A stretch of DNA of 64,000 bases from Pseudomonas sp. (GTDB lineage: Bacteria > Pseudomonadota > Gammaproteobacteria > Pseudomonadales > Pseudomonadaceae): assembly GCA_044354115.1 (NCBI GenBank), contig JBILAR010000002.1:34088-98087 (forward strand), read 5' to 3'. Shown here one piece after another: positions 10,601 through 19,389 of the stretch (position 1 is its first letter; each line of letters starts with the position of its first letter). The position numbers and the translations under genes are program-made. Below the pieces are notes generated by a model that ran no database searches, was not told where the DNA came from, and saw only the letters and a program-made list of their open reading frames with translations.

Positions 10601-11191
10601 ATTGTGCCGATCGGCACTTGGGTGCTGCGCGAGGCATGTCAGCAAGCGCAAGCCTTGCGCAACCAAGGGTTGCTGCTGGAAACCGTGGCGGTCAACCTAT
10701 CGCCACGGCAATTTCGCCAACCCGATTTGCTCCAGCAAGTGCGTGAAGCCCTAAGCGACAGCGGTTTGCCGGCCCACTGTTTAGAGCTGGAAATTACCGA
10801 AGGCGCGCTGATGGACGATGTGGCGCAAACCCAAGCCAGCTTGCGCGCATTGAAGAGCCTCGGTTTGCGCTTAGCGGTGGACGACTTTGGCACCGGCTAT
10901 TCGTCCTTGGCCTACCTGCGGCGCTTCCCGCTGGACAAGCTAAAAATCGACCAAAGCTTTATGCATGGCGTACCCGAAGACCACGGCAACATGGAGATAG
11001 TCGCCACCATCATCACCCTCGCCCGCAGCCTTAACTTAACCGCCATTGCCGAAGGGGTGGAAACCGCCGAACAACTGGCGGCGCTACGCGCACTGGGCTG
11101 CGAGCAATCGCAGGGCTATTTCTTTAGCCGGCCACTGCCGCTAAACACGCTACGCGAATGGTTAATTAATCACCGTCGATCAGACGTTTGA
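7664..11191 (+). CDS. membrane-anchored PAS-PAS-PAS-GAF-PAS-GGDEF-EAL c-di-GMP signalling protein
   Basis: Two N-terminal TM segments, PAS-like repeats, and a GAF-like segment (NPQMRVSIMLL...GSCGHAAASGELVIAEDL). The RIGGDEFLVVL (GGDEF) and GVEALVRW...DDFGTGYSSLAYL (EAL) motifs are both intact. Confidence 0.9.
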   Translation: MQPDLHQPLRLAGIYLLFSVTWIVFSDRLLSSLGLDSASNAALQTYKGLAFVLLSSLLVGALSLHEQRAKRRLLEALGASNQLLQQTQLNAGMGNWHFQQHFNWSAPALALLGQPPECRANSFAELLDWLHPNDRQSATDAWQNLLNGSDDLHISLRLEPGDSGRSRYLLLRGQADAHGGFYGSLQDISQQQRDEQALRESELRFRQLFEHTPRIAVQGYNDQRRVIYWNQASCELYGYSRNEAIGQTLEQLIIPVPQRMQVAHDVQQMLNGGSTIPASELQLQNKHGEPVAVYSSHLLLHNSHGQVELYCVDIDLSAQKAANNALHDSEARYRRLVNQLDEAIFLCDQQLCLSYLNPAWAILTGYAEHSSLGQSLLNFLHEGAGKTVAEHAQQILHGQLLGWSFECRVRRADGRLHWVELQLNRDDNQHLQGSLQDIHAQHQAQELQRARNVVLDQLLAQAPLSSTLNSIANHLEALNPQMRVSIMLLRGGNLYIAAAPSLPSDYNAAVDGIAANLGIGSCGHAAASGELVIAEDLQNHPNWQNYRALTKAADLHACWSLPFKDDSGQVLGTFGIYYREPSLPSDDDIALVTEFTRLAGLALHQQQLDAARQQHEHALRQAATVFESTREAVLIVDQQHRILASNPAYAAITGLDTGASTGQRLPLLLSTATERSRYRSIWRGLKQQGDWEGELSARRLDGSLCPLWLNASRVHDCDPLQPQYVLAFTDLSLFKDSQERLAHLAHYDTLTDLPNRLFAHQRLTHALERAQRHGESVAVLFVDLDHFKTINDGLGHAVGDELLITVARRLQQRLRNEDTLARIGGDEFLVVLENLEQPEEAAQTAQALIQLFERPLPLGNERDAYLGASIGISYYPNDGQSADELIRNADAALYQAKAEGRNTYRFYTQALTERAHNRLNMESKLRQAIKQGEFILHYQPLVDTHSGQPLGVEALVRWNSPEGMISPAEFIPLAEDTGLIVPIGTWVLREACQQAQALRNQGLLLETVAVNLSPRQFRQPDLLQQVREALSDSGLPAHCLELEITEGALMDDVAQTQASLRALKSLGLRLAVDDFGTGYSSLAYLRRFPLDKLKIDQSFMHGVPEDHGNMEIVATIITLARSLNLTAIAEGVETAEQLAALRALGCEQSQGYFFSRPLPLNTLREWLINHRRSDV

Positions 11192-11256
11192 TCCACGTCA
11201 TGGCCATGTCATGGGCCCGGCCTACACTGCAGGCTCTTACTTGCGAGGTGGCCCTT

Positions 11257-11436
11257 ATGAACATTGTTATTCGCCCGCTGACCATGGCCCGTGGCAACTG
11301 CTGGCAGGTGCGCATGGACCAACATAGCGTGAGCTTTCGCAGCGAAACGGAAGCCCGACAGTTTGTTGCCACCCTGCAAGCGCGCCTGCGCGCACCGCAC
11401 GCACTGCCGCAGGTAGAGCAACGCGCCGCCGGTTAA
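11257..11436 (+). CDS. small hypothetical protein (59 aa)
   Basis: Within track ORF 11188..11436. ATG 11257 is preceded by GAGGTG (11245-11250). The product is MNIVIRPLTMARGNCWQVRMDQHSVSFRSETEARQFVATLQARL... I recognise no family. Confidence 0.4.
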   Translation: MNIVIRPLTMARGNCWQVRMDQHSVSFRSETEARQFVATLQARLRAPHALPQVEQRAAG

Positions 11437-11442
11437 TTCAAC

Positions 11443-12642
11443 CTATGCCCGGCGCTCGGTTAATGCTGCCGAGCGCGCGGTGACTATCGCACTTATCACC
11501 GCCAGCACGGCGCACAGGCTGATTACCGCCGCCATAGGTTGCGCCGTGCCGTTATGCAATACGCCAACCAGCGCCGAGGCGCCGGCGGCCAAGCCAAACT
11601 GCATAAATCCGAGTAGCGCCGAAGCACTGCCCGCATGGCTGGCCTGCCCAGCCATGGCGCAAGCCGAAGCGTTCGGCAACAAACAGCCCAAGCTGGCCAC
11701 CGCCACAAATAACGGCAATAACAATGGCCACAGGTGTACCGGTTGCAGCAGGCTGACGGCCAGCAAACTCAAGGCGGCGGCCAAATACAACCAGACCACC
11801 CGGCGCAACCAATAGGCTGGGCCGTGGCGCCGCAGTAACCACGAGTTAACCTGCGCCATTAAAATAAACCCCGCCGCGTTGCTGCCAAACAGCCAGCCAT
11901 AGTGTTGCGCCGGCACCTGATACAGTTCGATAAACACAAAGGGCGAACCGGCGATATAGGCAAACATGCCCGCCATCACCAGCCCGCCAGTCAGGGCATG
12001 GCCAACAAACTGACGGTCTTTAAGCAAACGCAGATACTGCGCTGGCGCTGCCCGCAGGGGCGCCGGCGTGGAATGCTGGGCCAAGGTTTCCGGCAGCCAG
12101 TACGCCACGGCCAAGCCGCACAGGGCGCTAAACAACGAGAGGCTGATAAAGATCGACTGCCAGCCAAATTGGCCCAGCAGCACACCGCCGGCCAGCGGTG
12201 CCAAGATCGGCGCCAAGCCCATCACCAGCATCAACTGAGAAAACACCTTGGCCGAGGCCAGCGGGTCACACAGGTCACGCACCACCGCGCGGGCAATCAC
12301 CATGCCGGCGCAACCACCGAGCGCCTGCAAAAAGCGCGCGGCAATCAGCCACTCCAAGCTGCTGGCCAGCGCGCAGATTACTGAGGCAACACTAAACAAC
12401 AACACCCCAAAAATCAGCGGCCGGCGCCGGCCAAATCGATCGGCCAAAGGCCCATAAATCAGTTGCCCGCCGGCCAAGCCGATGAAGTACACCGCTAGGG
12501 TTAATTGCACCCGCTCCACATCGGTGGCGAACGCCAGCGCCAGCGCCGGGAAGCTTGGCAAGTAAAAATCAATCGCCAGCGGCCCGAAGGCACTGAGGGC
12601 GCCCAGCAACAATAAAATTCGCAGATTCATCTTTACGCTCAC
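11443..12642 (-). CDS. MFS drug-efflux transporter, Bcr/CflA subfamily
   Basis: LGALSAFGPLAIDFYLPSFPALALAFATDVERVQLTLAVYFIGLAGGQLIYGPLADRFGRRRP is the hallmark Bcr/CflA N-terminus, with 12 TM-like segments. The ATG at 12630 (MNLRILL) is a likely alternative to the GTG at 12642. Confidence 0.85.
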   Translation of the reverse strand: MSVKMNLRILLLLGALSAFGPLAIDFYLPSFPALALAFATDVERVQLTLAVYFIGLAGGQLIYGPLADRFGRRRPLIFGVLLFSVASVICALASSLEWLIAARFLQALGGCAGMVIARAVVRDLCDPLASAKVFSQLMLVMGLAPILAPLAGGVLLGQFGWQSIFISLSLFSALCGLAVAYWLPETLAQHSTPAPLRAAPAQYLRLLKDRQFVGHALTGGLVMAGMFAYIAGSPFVFIELYQVPAQHYGWLFGSNAAGFILMAQVNSWLLRRHGPAYWLRRVVWLYLAAALSLLAVSLLQPVHLWPLLLPLFVAVASLGCLLPNASACAMAGQASHAGSASALLGFMQFGLAAGASALVGVLHNGTAQPMAAVISLCAVLAVISAIVTARSAALTERRA

Positions 12643-12664
12643 ACCTAGGTTGAATCCGTTATCC

Positions 12665-12707
12665 GCAAAAACGACAACGCCGCCAAACTGACGCTTGGCG
12701 GCGTTGT
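12665..12707 (-). terminator. Rho-independent terminator after the RND operon
   Basis: A 13-bp stem ACAACGCCGCCAA (12674-12686) / TTGGCGGCGTTGT (12695-12707) with an 8-nt loop. On the minus strand it is followed by TTTTT (plus-strand AAAAA at 12667-12671). Confidence 0.75.
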
Positions 12708-12717
12708 TTACGCGCAG

Positions 12718-15700
12718 TTACTCGCCGGGTACGGTTTCGGGCGCTACGGCTTTGCTCTTTTTACCGCTGAACAATGCGGAGAACTTCTCCACCAGCACAT
12801 AGAACATTGGGATAAAGAAGATCGCCAGTACGGTGGCCGCCAACATCCCGCCGATTACCCCAGTACCAATCGAGTGCCGGCTGTTACTGCCGGCACCGCT
12901 GCTGAGTACCAACGGTAAGCAACCGAGAATAAATGCCAGCGAGGTCATGATGATCGGCCGGAAGCGCATCTTCGCCGCGTGCAACGCCGCATCCAGCAAC
13001 GACATACCTTCGCCGCGTGATTGCACGGCAAACTCGATGATCAGGATGGCGTTCTTGGCCGCTAAGCCAATCAGCACCAACAGGCCCACTTGGAAGTACA
13101 CATCGTTGCTCAAACCGGTCAGCCAGACCGCCAAGATGGCCCCAAACACGCCAAAAGGCACTGCCGTAACCACCGCCAACGGCAGGCTCCAGCGCTCGTA
13201 TTGCGCGGCCAAAATCAGGAACACCATGATTAAGCCGAAGATAAACGCGATGCTGCTGGAACCCGACGCCGCTTGCTCTTGGTAAGCCGAGCCGACCCAG
13301 CCCAATTGGTAGTCGTTGCCCAGCACCTCACGCGCTACCTCCTCCATGGCCTTGAGCGCCTGCCCAGAGCTATAGCCCGGAGCCGGCCCGCCAATCACCT
13401 TGGCCGAGGCGTAGATATTGAAGTGGGTAAACACGTTGGCACTGAGGATACGGGTTTGCGTCACCAGCGCCGACAAGGGCACTAACTGGCCGGAGGTCGA
13501 GCGCACGAACACCTTGCCTAAGTCCTCAGGCTTGCTGCGAAACTCCGACTCCGACTGCAAGGTTACCTGCCAGGTGCGGCCGAACTTATTGAAGTCGTTA
13601 ACGTAGTAGTTACCAAAGGTCGACTGCATGGCGGTAAACACATCAGCAATCGGCACGCCTTGAGCCTGCGCCTTGGTGCGGTCGAGTTCCACATGGTACT
13701 GCGGCACGCCAACATCGAAGGTGGTACGCAAACCGACCAACTCCGGACGTAACTTGGCGGCGGCAATAAACTCGGCGGTACGCGCCGCCAACTGCGGCGC
13801 GGTGCCGCCGATACGGTCTTGGATGTAACCCTCAAAACCACCGGTGGTACTCATGCCGGTAATCGCCGGCGGATTGAACGACAACACCAAACCGTCTTTT
13901 TCCGCCTGGCCCATGCCCATAAAGGTGCGGGTTAGGTTCATCGCATTCAAATCCGCAGTGGGCCGCTCTTTCCAGTCTTTCAAGGTAACGAACGAAACGC
14001 CGGCATCGCTACGGTTACCCGAGGTGAGGATGTCATAACCGGCAAAGGTCACCACATTTTCCACCGCCGGGTGCTTAAGCAACTTGGCATCGAAGTTATT
14101 GGTCAGCTCGCTGGTGCGCGACAAGGACGCCGCCGGTGGCAGGAAGTAGGCATTCAGCACATAACCTTGGTCTTCGTCGGGCACCAAGGAGCTGGGTACA
14201 TGGCCAAACAACAACACGATCAGAGCAACCATCCCGGCAAATAAGCTCACGCCCAACAGCGAGCGCTTGAGAAAGAAACTCACGCCCTTGCCATAGCCTT
14301 CGGTCACTGCATCGAAGAAGCGGTTAAACCAGCGAAACGGTGCAATAGGTTGATGATCGGCGTGATCGGCCTTGAGCAGAATCGCGCACAGCGCTGGCGA
14401 TAGAGTCAACGCCACCAAGCCGGAAATCGCCACCGAAATGGCGATGGTAATCGCGAACTGTTTGTACATCTGCCCAGCCAAACCGCCGAGAAAGGCGACC
14501 GGAATAAACACCGCGCAGAGCACCAGCACCACGGCAATAATTGGCCCAGTCACCTCTTCCATGGCTTTGATGGTGGCTTCACGGGGCGGTAGTTTCTCGT
14601 CGCGCATGACTCGCTCGACGTTCTCGATCACCACAATGGCATCGTCCACCACAATGCCGATGGCCAGCACCAAACCGAACAACGTCAGCAGGTTGATCGA
14701 GAAACCCAGCGCATACATGCCGGCAAAGGTGCCGACCAAGGCCACCGGAATCGCCAACACGGGAATCAGCGTGGCGCGCCAGTTTTGCAAGAACACAAAC
14801 ACCACCAAAATCACCAGCAACAACGCCTCGACGAAGGTATGCAGCACCTCTTCGATCGACACATTAACGAACACCGTGGTGTCGTAAGGGATGGTGTAAG
14901 CGATACCGGCCGGGAAGCGTTTAGCCACCCGCTCCATGGTCGTACGCACTAATTGAGCGGTTTCCAGCGCGTTGGCACCGGGCGACAGGTAAATCCCGAA
15001 GGCGGCGTTTTGCTGGCCATTCAGGGCCGTGACTAAACCGTAGTCTTGCGCGCCCAACTCCACCCGTGCGACATCTTTGAGCAGTAAGCTGGCACCGGTG
15101 CTGTCGGTGCGCAGAATGATATTTTCAAACTGCGCAGGCTCTGAGAAGCGCCCGTCGGTGGTTACCGTATAGGTAAAGTCTTGGCGGGTGAGCATCGGCT
15201 CCTGGCCAAAGGTACCCGCCGCAAACTGTGAGTTTTGCTCTTTAATGGCATTGGCAACATCCGTTGGGGTCAGGTTGAACTGAGCCAATTTGTCGGGTTT
15301 TAGCCAGATACGCATCGAGTAGTTTTTTGCGCCGAACTGGCTAACATCACCTACCCCCGGCAAACGCGCCAACTCATCGATAACGTTAATTAAGCCGTAG
15401 TTACTGATGTAGGTCGGATCGTAACTATTGTCCGGCGAATACAGCACCACCATCTGCAAAATATCGGCGGACTTCTTCTTGGCCACCACGCCTTGCCGGC
15501 GAACCTGCTCGGGCAGTTGCGCCAATGCCTGCTGCACGCGGTTGTTGACGTCGGTGGTGGCTTGATCCGGGTCGGTACCCACATCAAAGTACACGCTCAG
15601 GCTCATGCTGCCGCTGCTAAACGAGTTAGACAGCTGGTAAATCATGCCCTGCACGCCGTTGATTTTTTGCTCCAAGGGCGCGGCTACAGTTTCAGCAATC

Positions 15701-15876
15701 ACCTGGGCGCTGGCACCCGGATAGCTGGTGGTTACCGACACCTGCGGCGGCAAAATCGGCGGAAACTGCGCCACTGGCAATGCTTTGATCGAAACCAAGC
15801 CGGCCAAGGTAATTACAATCGAGATGACGGCGGCGAAGATCGGCCGGTCAATAAAGAAGCGCGAAATCACAGGCAA
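12718..15876 (-). CDS. RND (HAE1, AcrB/MexB-like) efflux permease
   Basis: 1052 aa, starting [27 protein letters not shown], with the typical 12-TM / two-large-loop RND layout. Confidence 0.95.
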   Translation of the reverse strand: MPVISRFFIDRPIFAAVISIVITLAGLVSIKALPVAQFPPILPPQVSVTTSYPGASAQVIAETVAAPLEQKINGVQGMIYQLSNSFSSGSMSLSVYFDVGTDPDQATTDVNNRVQQALAQLPEQVRRQGVVAKKKSADILQMVVLYSPDNSYDPTYISNYGLINVIDELARLPGVGDVSQFGAKNYSMRIWLKPDKLAQFNLTPTDVANAIKEQNSQFAAGTFGQEPMLTRQDFTYTVTTDGRFSEPAQFENIILRTDSTGASLLLKDVARVELGAQDYGLVTALNGQQNAAFGIYLSPGANALETAQLVRTTMERVAKRFPAGIAYTIPYDTTVFVNVSIEEVLHTFVEALLLVILVVFVFLQNWRATLIPVLAIPVALVGTFAGMYALGFSINLLTLFGLVLAIGIVVDDAIVVIENVERVMRDEKLPPREATIKAMEEVTGPIIAVVLVLCAVFIPVAFLGGLAGQMYKQFAITIAISVAISGLVALTLSPALCAILLKADHADHQPIAPFRWFNRFFDAVTEGYGKGVSFFLKRSLLGVSLFAGMVALIVLLFGHVPSSLVPDEDQGYVLNAYFLPPAASLSRTSELTNNFDAKLLKHPAVENVVTFAGYDILTSGNRSDAGVSFVTLKDWKERPTADLNAMNLTRTFMGMGQAEKDGLVLSFNPPAITGMSTTGGFEGYIQDRIGGTAPQLAARTAEFIAAAKLRPELVGLRTTFDVGVPQYHVELDRTKAQAQGVPIADVFTAMQSTFGNYYVNDFNKFGRTWQVTLQSESEFRSKPEDLGKVFVRSTSGQLVPLSALVTQTRILSANVFTHFNIYASAKVIGGPAPGYSSGQALKAMEEVAREVLGNDYQLGWVGSAYQEQAASGSSSIAFIFGLIMVFLILAAQYERWSLPLAVVTAVPFGVFGAILAVWLTGLSNDVYFQVGLLVLIGLAAKNAILIIEFAVQSRGEGMSLLDAALHAAKMRFRPIIMTSLAFILGCLPLVLSSGAGSNSRHSIGTGVIGGMLAATVLAIFFIPMFYVLVEKFSALFSGKKSKAVAPETVPGE

Positions 15877-15882
15877 CGCTCC

Positions 15883-17055
15883 TTATGGTTTAGCGGCAGA
15901 GGCGGCCGCAGGTGCGGCGCTTATGGTGACCGGCATACCGGGACGAACCTTAGGCAAGCCCTCAACAATCACCCGCTCGCCAGCCTGCAAACCTGAGCGA
16001 ATAATCCAGCGATCGGCGATGGTCGCACCCAATACCACCGGCCGTGGGTGGGCAATATTTTGCTCATCCAAGACAAACACCAAAGTCCCAGCGCCGGTTT
16101 GCGAAATGGCCCGCTGCGGCACTGAGATAGCATCCGGGATGCTCAGGCCTTCAATCAGCACCCGCACAAACTGGCCGGGAAACAGCTTTAAGTCTGGGTT
16201 AGGGATTACCACCCGCGCACTCACGCTGCCGGTGCCGGTGTTAATTAAACTGTCGATAAAATCGACCTTGCCCTTGAGCGGGTACAGCGAGCCATCGCCC
16301 ATTTTCAGCTCGGCGGTGAGCTTTTTGCCATCCGGCAAGCGCACCGTACCGGCCTGAATCTCGCGGCGAAAACGCTCGGCGTCGGCGTCCGGGTAAGAGA
16401 AGTTCACATACAGTGGGTCGAGCTGAGTGATGCTGGTGAGCAAGCTGGCGTTCGGATCGCCAGCCACCATCAAGCTGCCTTCAGACACGGTTTCTTGGCT
16501 GCTGGCACCGCTAATCGGCGCTTCAACGGTGGTGTAGTCGAGGTCAATTTGCCGCGACTGCACATCGGCCTTGGCCGACTCAAGATTGGCCTTGCTCTGC
16601 TCGTAGTTGGAGGTGGCGTCATCCAGCTCTTTTTCACTGGCAAAGCCACGCTTTTGCAACTCACGAATACGCTTAAGCTCGCGCTCAGTTTGCCAAGCGC
16701 GCGCCTGGGTTTGTGCCTGCGAGCCCTTAGCCCGAGCCAGCGCCGCCTCATAAGGCTTAGGGTCGATAACAAACAGCACCTGCCCCTGCTTAACCTTGCT
16801 GCCCTCGACGTAACTGCGCTCACGCAAAATGCCATTCACCTGAGCGCGCACCTGCACCTGCTTGTAGCCGGCGGTTAAGGCCGGATACTCCAGCACCAAC
16901 GGCTGATTCGCTACCGTCACCACCTCAATGCGCACTGCGGGCGGCGGCGGGGTTGCGGCGGCCGGTGTCGCAGGGGCGGCCTGAACCAGCGAACTCATCA
17001 GCAAGGTTAAGGAAAAACCGCAAAGGGCAGCGTGGCAGTGGCGACTCAGAAGCAT
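15883..17055 (-). CDS. RND efflux periplasmic adaptor (membrane fusion protein)
   Basis: Signal peptide, a coiled-coil hairpin (ALARAKGSQAQTQARAWQTERELKRIRELQKRGFASEKELDDATSNYEQSKANLESAKADV), and beta-barrel domains. It lies 6 nt upstream of the permease. Confidence 0.9.
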   Translation of the reverse strand: MLLSRHCHAALCGFSLTLLMSSLVQAAPATPAAATPPPPAVRIEVVTVANQPLVLEYPALTAGYKQVQVRAQVNGILRERSYVEGSKVKQGQVLFVIDPKPYEAALARAKGSQAQTQARAWQTERELKRIRELQKRGFASEKELDDATSNYEQSKANLESAKADVQSRQIDLDYTTVEAPISGASSQETVSEGSLMVAGDPNASLLTSITQLDPLYVNFSYPDADAERFRREIQAGTVRLPDGKKLTAELKMGDGSLYPLKGKVDFIDSLINTGTGSVSARVVIPNPDLKLFPGQFVRVLIEGLSIPDAISVPQRAISQTGAGTLVFVLDEQNIAHPRPVVLGATIADRWIIRSGLQAGERVIVEGLPKVRPGMPVTISAAPAAASAAKP

Positions 17056-17193
17056 AGGGTCTTCTCCGTGACAGCAAAATTCAGGCAGTAACGCCCGGCT
17101 TGGGGGCGGACTTGTAGCCGCTCAGCGGCGGAAAGGCCGTCCCAGCCCAGAAGGGGCGACAACAGCCGTTTGTTATGTGACTTGATGGAAAGG

Positions 17194-17412
17194 CTAAGCA
17201 CCAGATTTAACCATATCTCTGATTTTTAACGCTTTTTCGAAATGATCCATTTTGTGAGTTTCAATCCACCACCGAGCCGCCTCCATGAGAACTTCTGGCT
17301 GATCGTTTTTGTTTTTGAAGAATGCGTAAAACGATAACCCGACCCCTGATCCTTTCTGGTCGATTTTGAGCTCACATACTTCAATAATTTTTTCTCTAAG
17401 CTCTTTCCGCAA
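17194..17412 (-). CDS. orphan small ORF (72 codons, TTG start only) in an AT-rich patch; possibly a gene remnant
   Basis: RKELREKIIEVCELKIDQKGSGVGLSFYAFFKNKNDQPEVLMEAARWWIETHKMDHFEKALKIRDMVKSGA has protein-like composition. The in-frame upstream sequence is ATG-TGA (stop), so there is no ATG start. The overlapping frame 17226..17444 also has only TTG. Confidence 0.3.
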   Translation of the reverse strand: MRKELREKIIEVCELKIDQKGSGVGLSFYAFFKNKNDQPEVLMEAARWWIETHKMDHFEKALKIRDMVKSGA

Positions 17413-17626
17413 AGCAATATCTCTTTGGATTGATCACATAACAACAGTTATAGCGTGATGCTACTGGGCTAGACGCTGGTTTGAAACCTTCTTGGCCCCT
17501 CCCCGCATAATATTCACCGAGCCGCACGCCGGCCGCGCGAACAGTGAGTCGTTCGGCGCCGAGCGACTCACCAGCAACTACACTGCAAGCACCCGCTTAC
17601 ATTCGCGCCCACGCTGTGAGTATCCG

Positions 17627-18886
17627 ATGCATGTGATGATCCTCGAAGACGACGTCTGGATCGCTGATCTGATTCAACAGGTCGTACTCAAACTTCGCCC
17701 ACAGGCGCAGATTAGTCGCTTCGAATGCGTCAACGAGGCCCGCGCCCACTGGCAGCTTGCCCCCGCCGACTTGCTGATTAGCGACTGGAACCTGCCCGGC
17801 GAAAGCGGCGTGAGCCTGATTGAGCAAATCCGCCAGCAAGGCAGTAACGTGCCGATCATGATGATCACCGGCCGCGCCGACCGCGACAGCGTCTTGCAAG
17901 TGCGCCGCCTGCGAATCAATGCCTTCGTCAACAAACCCTTCAAAGTGGCCAAGTTACTTGAACAACTGCAACTGCTGCTGCCCGCCGATAACGCCGAAGC
18001 GCTGGCCAGTACCGTAGCGCCAGCGCCGCTGGCGTTTTGCGCGCACTTGCAACAGTTAAGCGGCGCTGACTTGGACCTCCCGCTGCTGGAGGCCAGTCAA
18101 AAACTGCTGGAGCAACACCTACAGGGTGAGCAACTGGATCTGCGCCTATTAATCGCACAGTTCCAACACGACAGCGCCTTATGTGCACGCCTGATCGCGG
18201 TCGCCAATAGTCCGCTGTACAACAGCAGCGGTAAAACCTGCAACAGCCTGTATGAAGCCCTGCAACTGCTGGGCGTGAATACCAGCCTGACCTTGGCCTT
18301 AGCCGTTTGCCTCAAGCGCGCCTGCCTATTGCGCAGCGACATGCTGCGCAGCCACGCCCAAGCGCATATGCACGAAGCCGAACAGTTAGGCGAGCACGTG
18401 CGCCAACTGGCGCTGCAATTAAAGCTAACCGCTTGGCCGTATCAAAGCGCCGCATTGCTGCACCGCATGGGTGAATTGTGCGTCTTGCAGCAAGCGCAAA
18501 GCTGGGAAGATCAGGGTCACAGTCTGGACGAAGAACAACTGCAGCAAGCCTTGGCGCAATTCAGCCGTGAGTTCGCCTTTCAACTCAAGCTCAACTGGCA
18601 CTTACCCATGCCGCTGCGCGAGATGATCGGCGCGATCTACGGCCTGCCACCGGCCAACCTCAAGCGCGACCTGATTTTGATGCATTTGGCCGCCGTCGAG
18701 CTGCGCCCCGAGCTCGACCATAAAGCCATCAATCGCCTGCGCCATATGCTCGGTTTACCCGACCACGCACCCGCTGTAATAGTTGCGACCGTACCCGCCG
18801 AGGCACAAGTCGAAGCGCTCGTTGCACCGCTAGTCAACGAGCCGCCAATCGAAGCCGCACCAGCTACTACCGTACCATCGGCCTAA
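17627..18886 (+). CDS. response regulator receiver + HDOD domain protein
   Basis: REC domain (MHVMILEDDVWIADL...DLLISDWNLPGESG...MMITGRAD...NAFVNKPF), then an HDOD-like region (LIAQFQHDSALCARLIAVANSPLYNSSGKTCNSLYEALQLLGVNTSLTLALA). I moved the start to ATG 17627 within track ORF 17492..18886. Confidence 0.85.
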   Translation: MHVMILEDDVWIADLIQQVVLKLRPQAQISRFECVNEARAHWQLAPADLLISDWNLPGESGVSLIEQIRQQGSNVPIMMITGRADRDSVLQVRRLRINAFVNKPFKVAKLLEQLQLLLPADNAEALASTVAPAPLAFCAHLQQLSGADLDLPLLEASQKLLEQHLQGEQLDLRLLIAQFQHDSALCARLIAVANSPLYNSSGKTCNSLYEALQLLGVNTSLTLALAVCLKRACLLRSDMLRSHAQAHMHEAEQLGEHVRQLALQLKLTAWPYQSAALLHRMGELCVLQQAQSWEDQGHSLDEEQLQQALAQFSREFAFQLKLNWHLPMPLREMIGAIYGLPPANLKRDLILMHLAAVELRPELDHKAINRLRHMLGLPDHAPAVIVATVPAEAQVEALVAPLVNEPPIEAAPATTVPSA

Positions 18887-18956
18887 GCTTGGCGCTTGCC
18901 GAGCTGCGCGCTAAGCGCCAAGTTTAGCATTGAATGCCATCACCCGGAGGTTATCC

Positions 18957-19328
18957 ATGACGCGCTTACGCATGCTCCTGCTGGTCCTGCTAGCCCTGCC
19001 CGGTTACGCCAACAGTGAGCCATTAATGAGCTATGGCGTGCTGATTATTTCCCGCGAGCGCCTGGAAGTGGCCACGCCTTGCGACATCGGTATTTACCTA
19101 CAAAACCAGCTGGTTTCACGCCTTTATCAAGGTGACTCTGCCTCGTTTAATTTACCCGCCGGGCCGGTGTCGGTGCGTATGGGTATGCTCGGCGGCACGG
19201 GCTGCATCCCTGCGTTCACGCAAATACGCGGTGAGAACATTCAGCTGCAAGCCGGTGAAATCCGTAAATACCGCATCGCCCTCAGCGGCAACGGTCTGCA
19301 TTTGATCGCCGTACCCAACACGCAATAA
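18957..19328 (+). CDS. secreted hypothetical protein (123 aa)
   Basis: ATG 18957 is preceded by GGAGG (18946-18950). Signal peptide MTRLRMLLLVLLALPGYA. I recognise no family. Confidence 0.6.
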   Translation: MTRLRMLLLVLLALPGYANSEPLMSYGVLIISRERLEVATPCDIGIYLQNQLVSRLYQGDSASFNLPAGPVSVRMGMLGGTGCIPAFTQIRGENIQLQAGEIRKYRIALSGNGLHLIAVPNTQ

Positions 19329-19332
19329 AGCG

Positions 19333-19350
19333 TTGACCTTGCCCCAAGGT
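19333..19350 (+). promoter_or_regulatory. putative CueR (MerR-type) operator overlapping a TTGACC -35 element upstream of copA
   Basis: TTGACC is at 19333-19338. The dyad ACCTTG-ccc-CAAGGT is at 19336-19350, about 40 nt upstream of the copA ATG. It resembles the ACCTTCC...GGAAGGT CueR boxes I remember. Confidence 0.55.
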
Positions 19351-19389
19351 TAAGGTTGATCCTGCATCACCGACACCGAGGAGCCGAGC

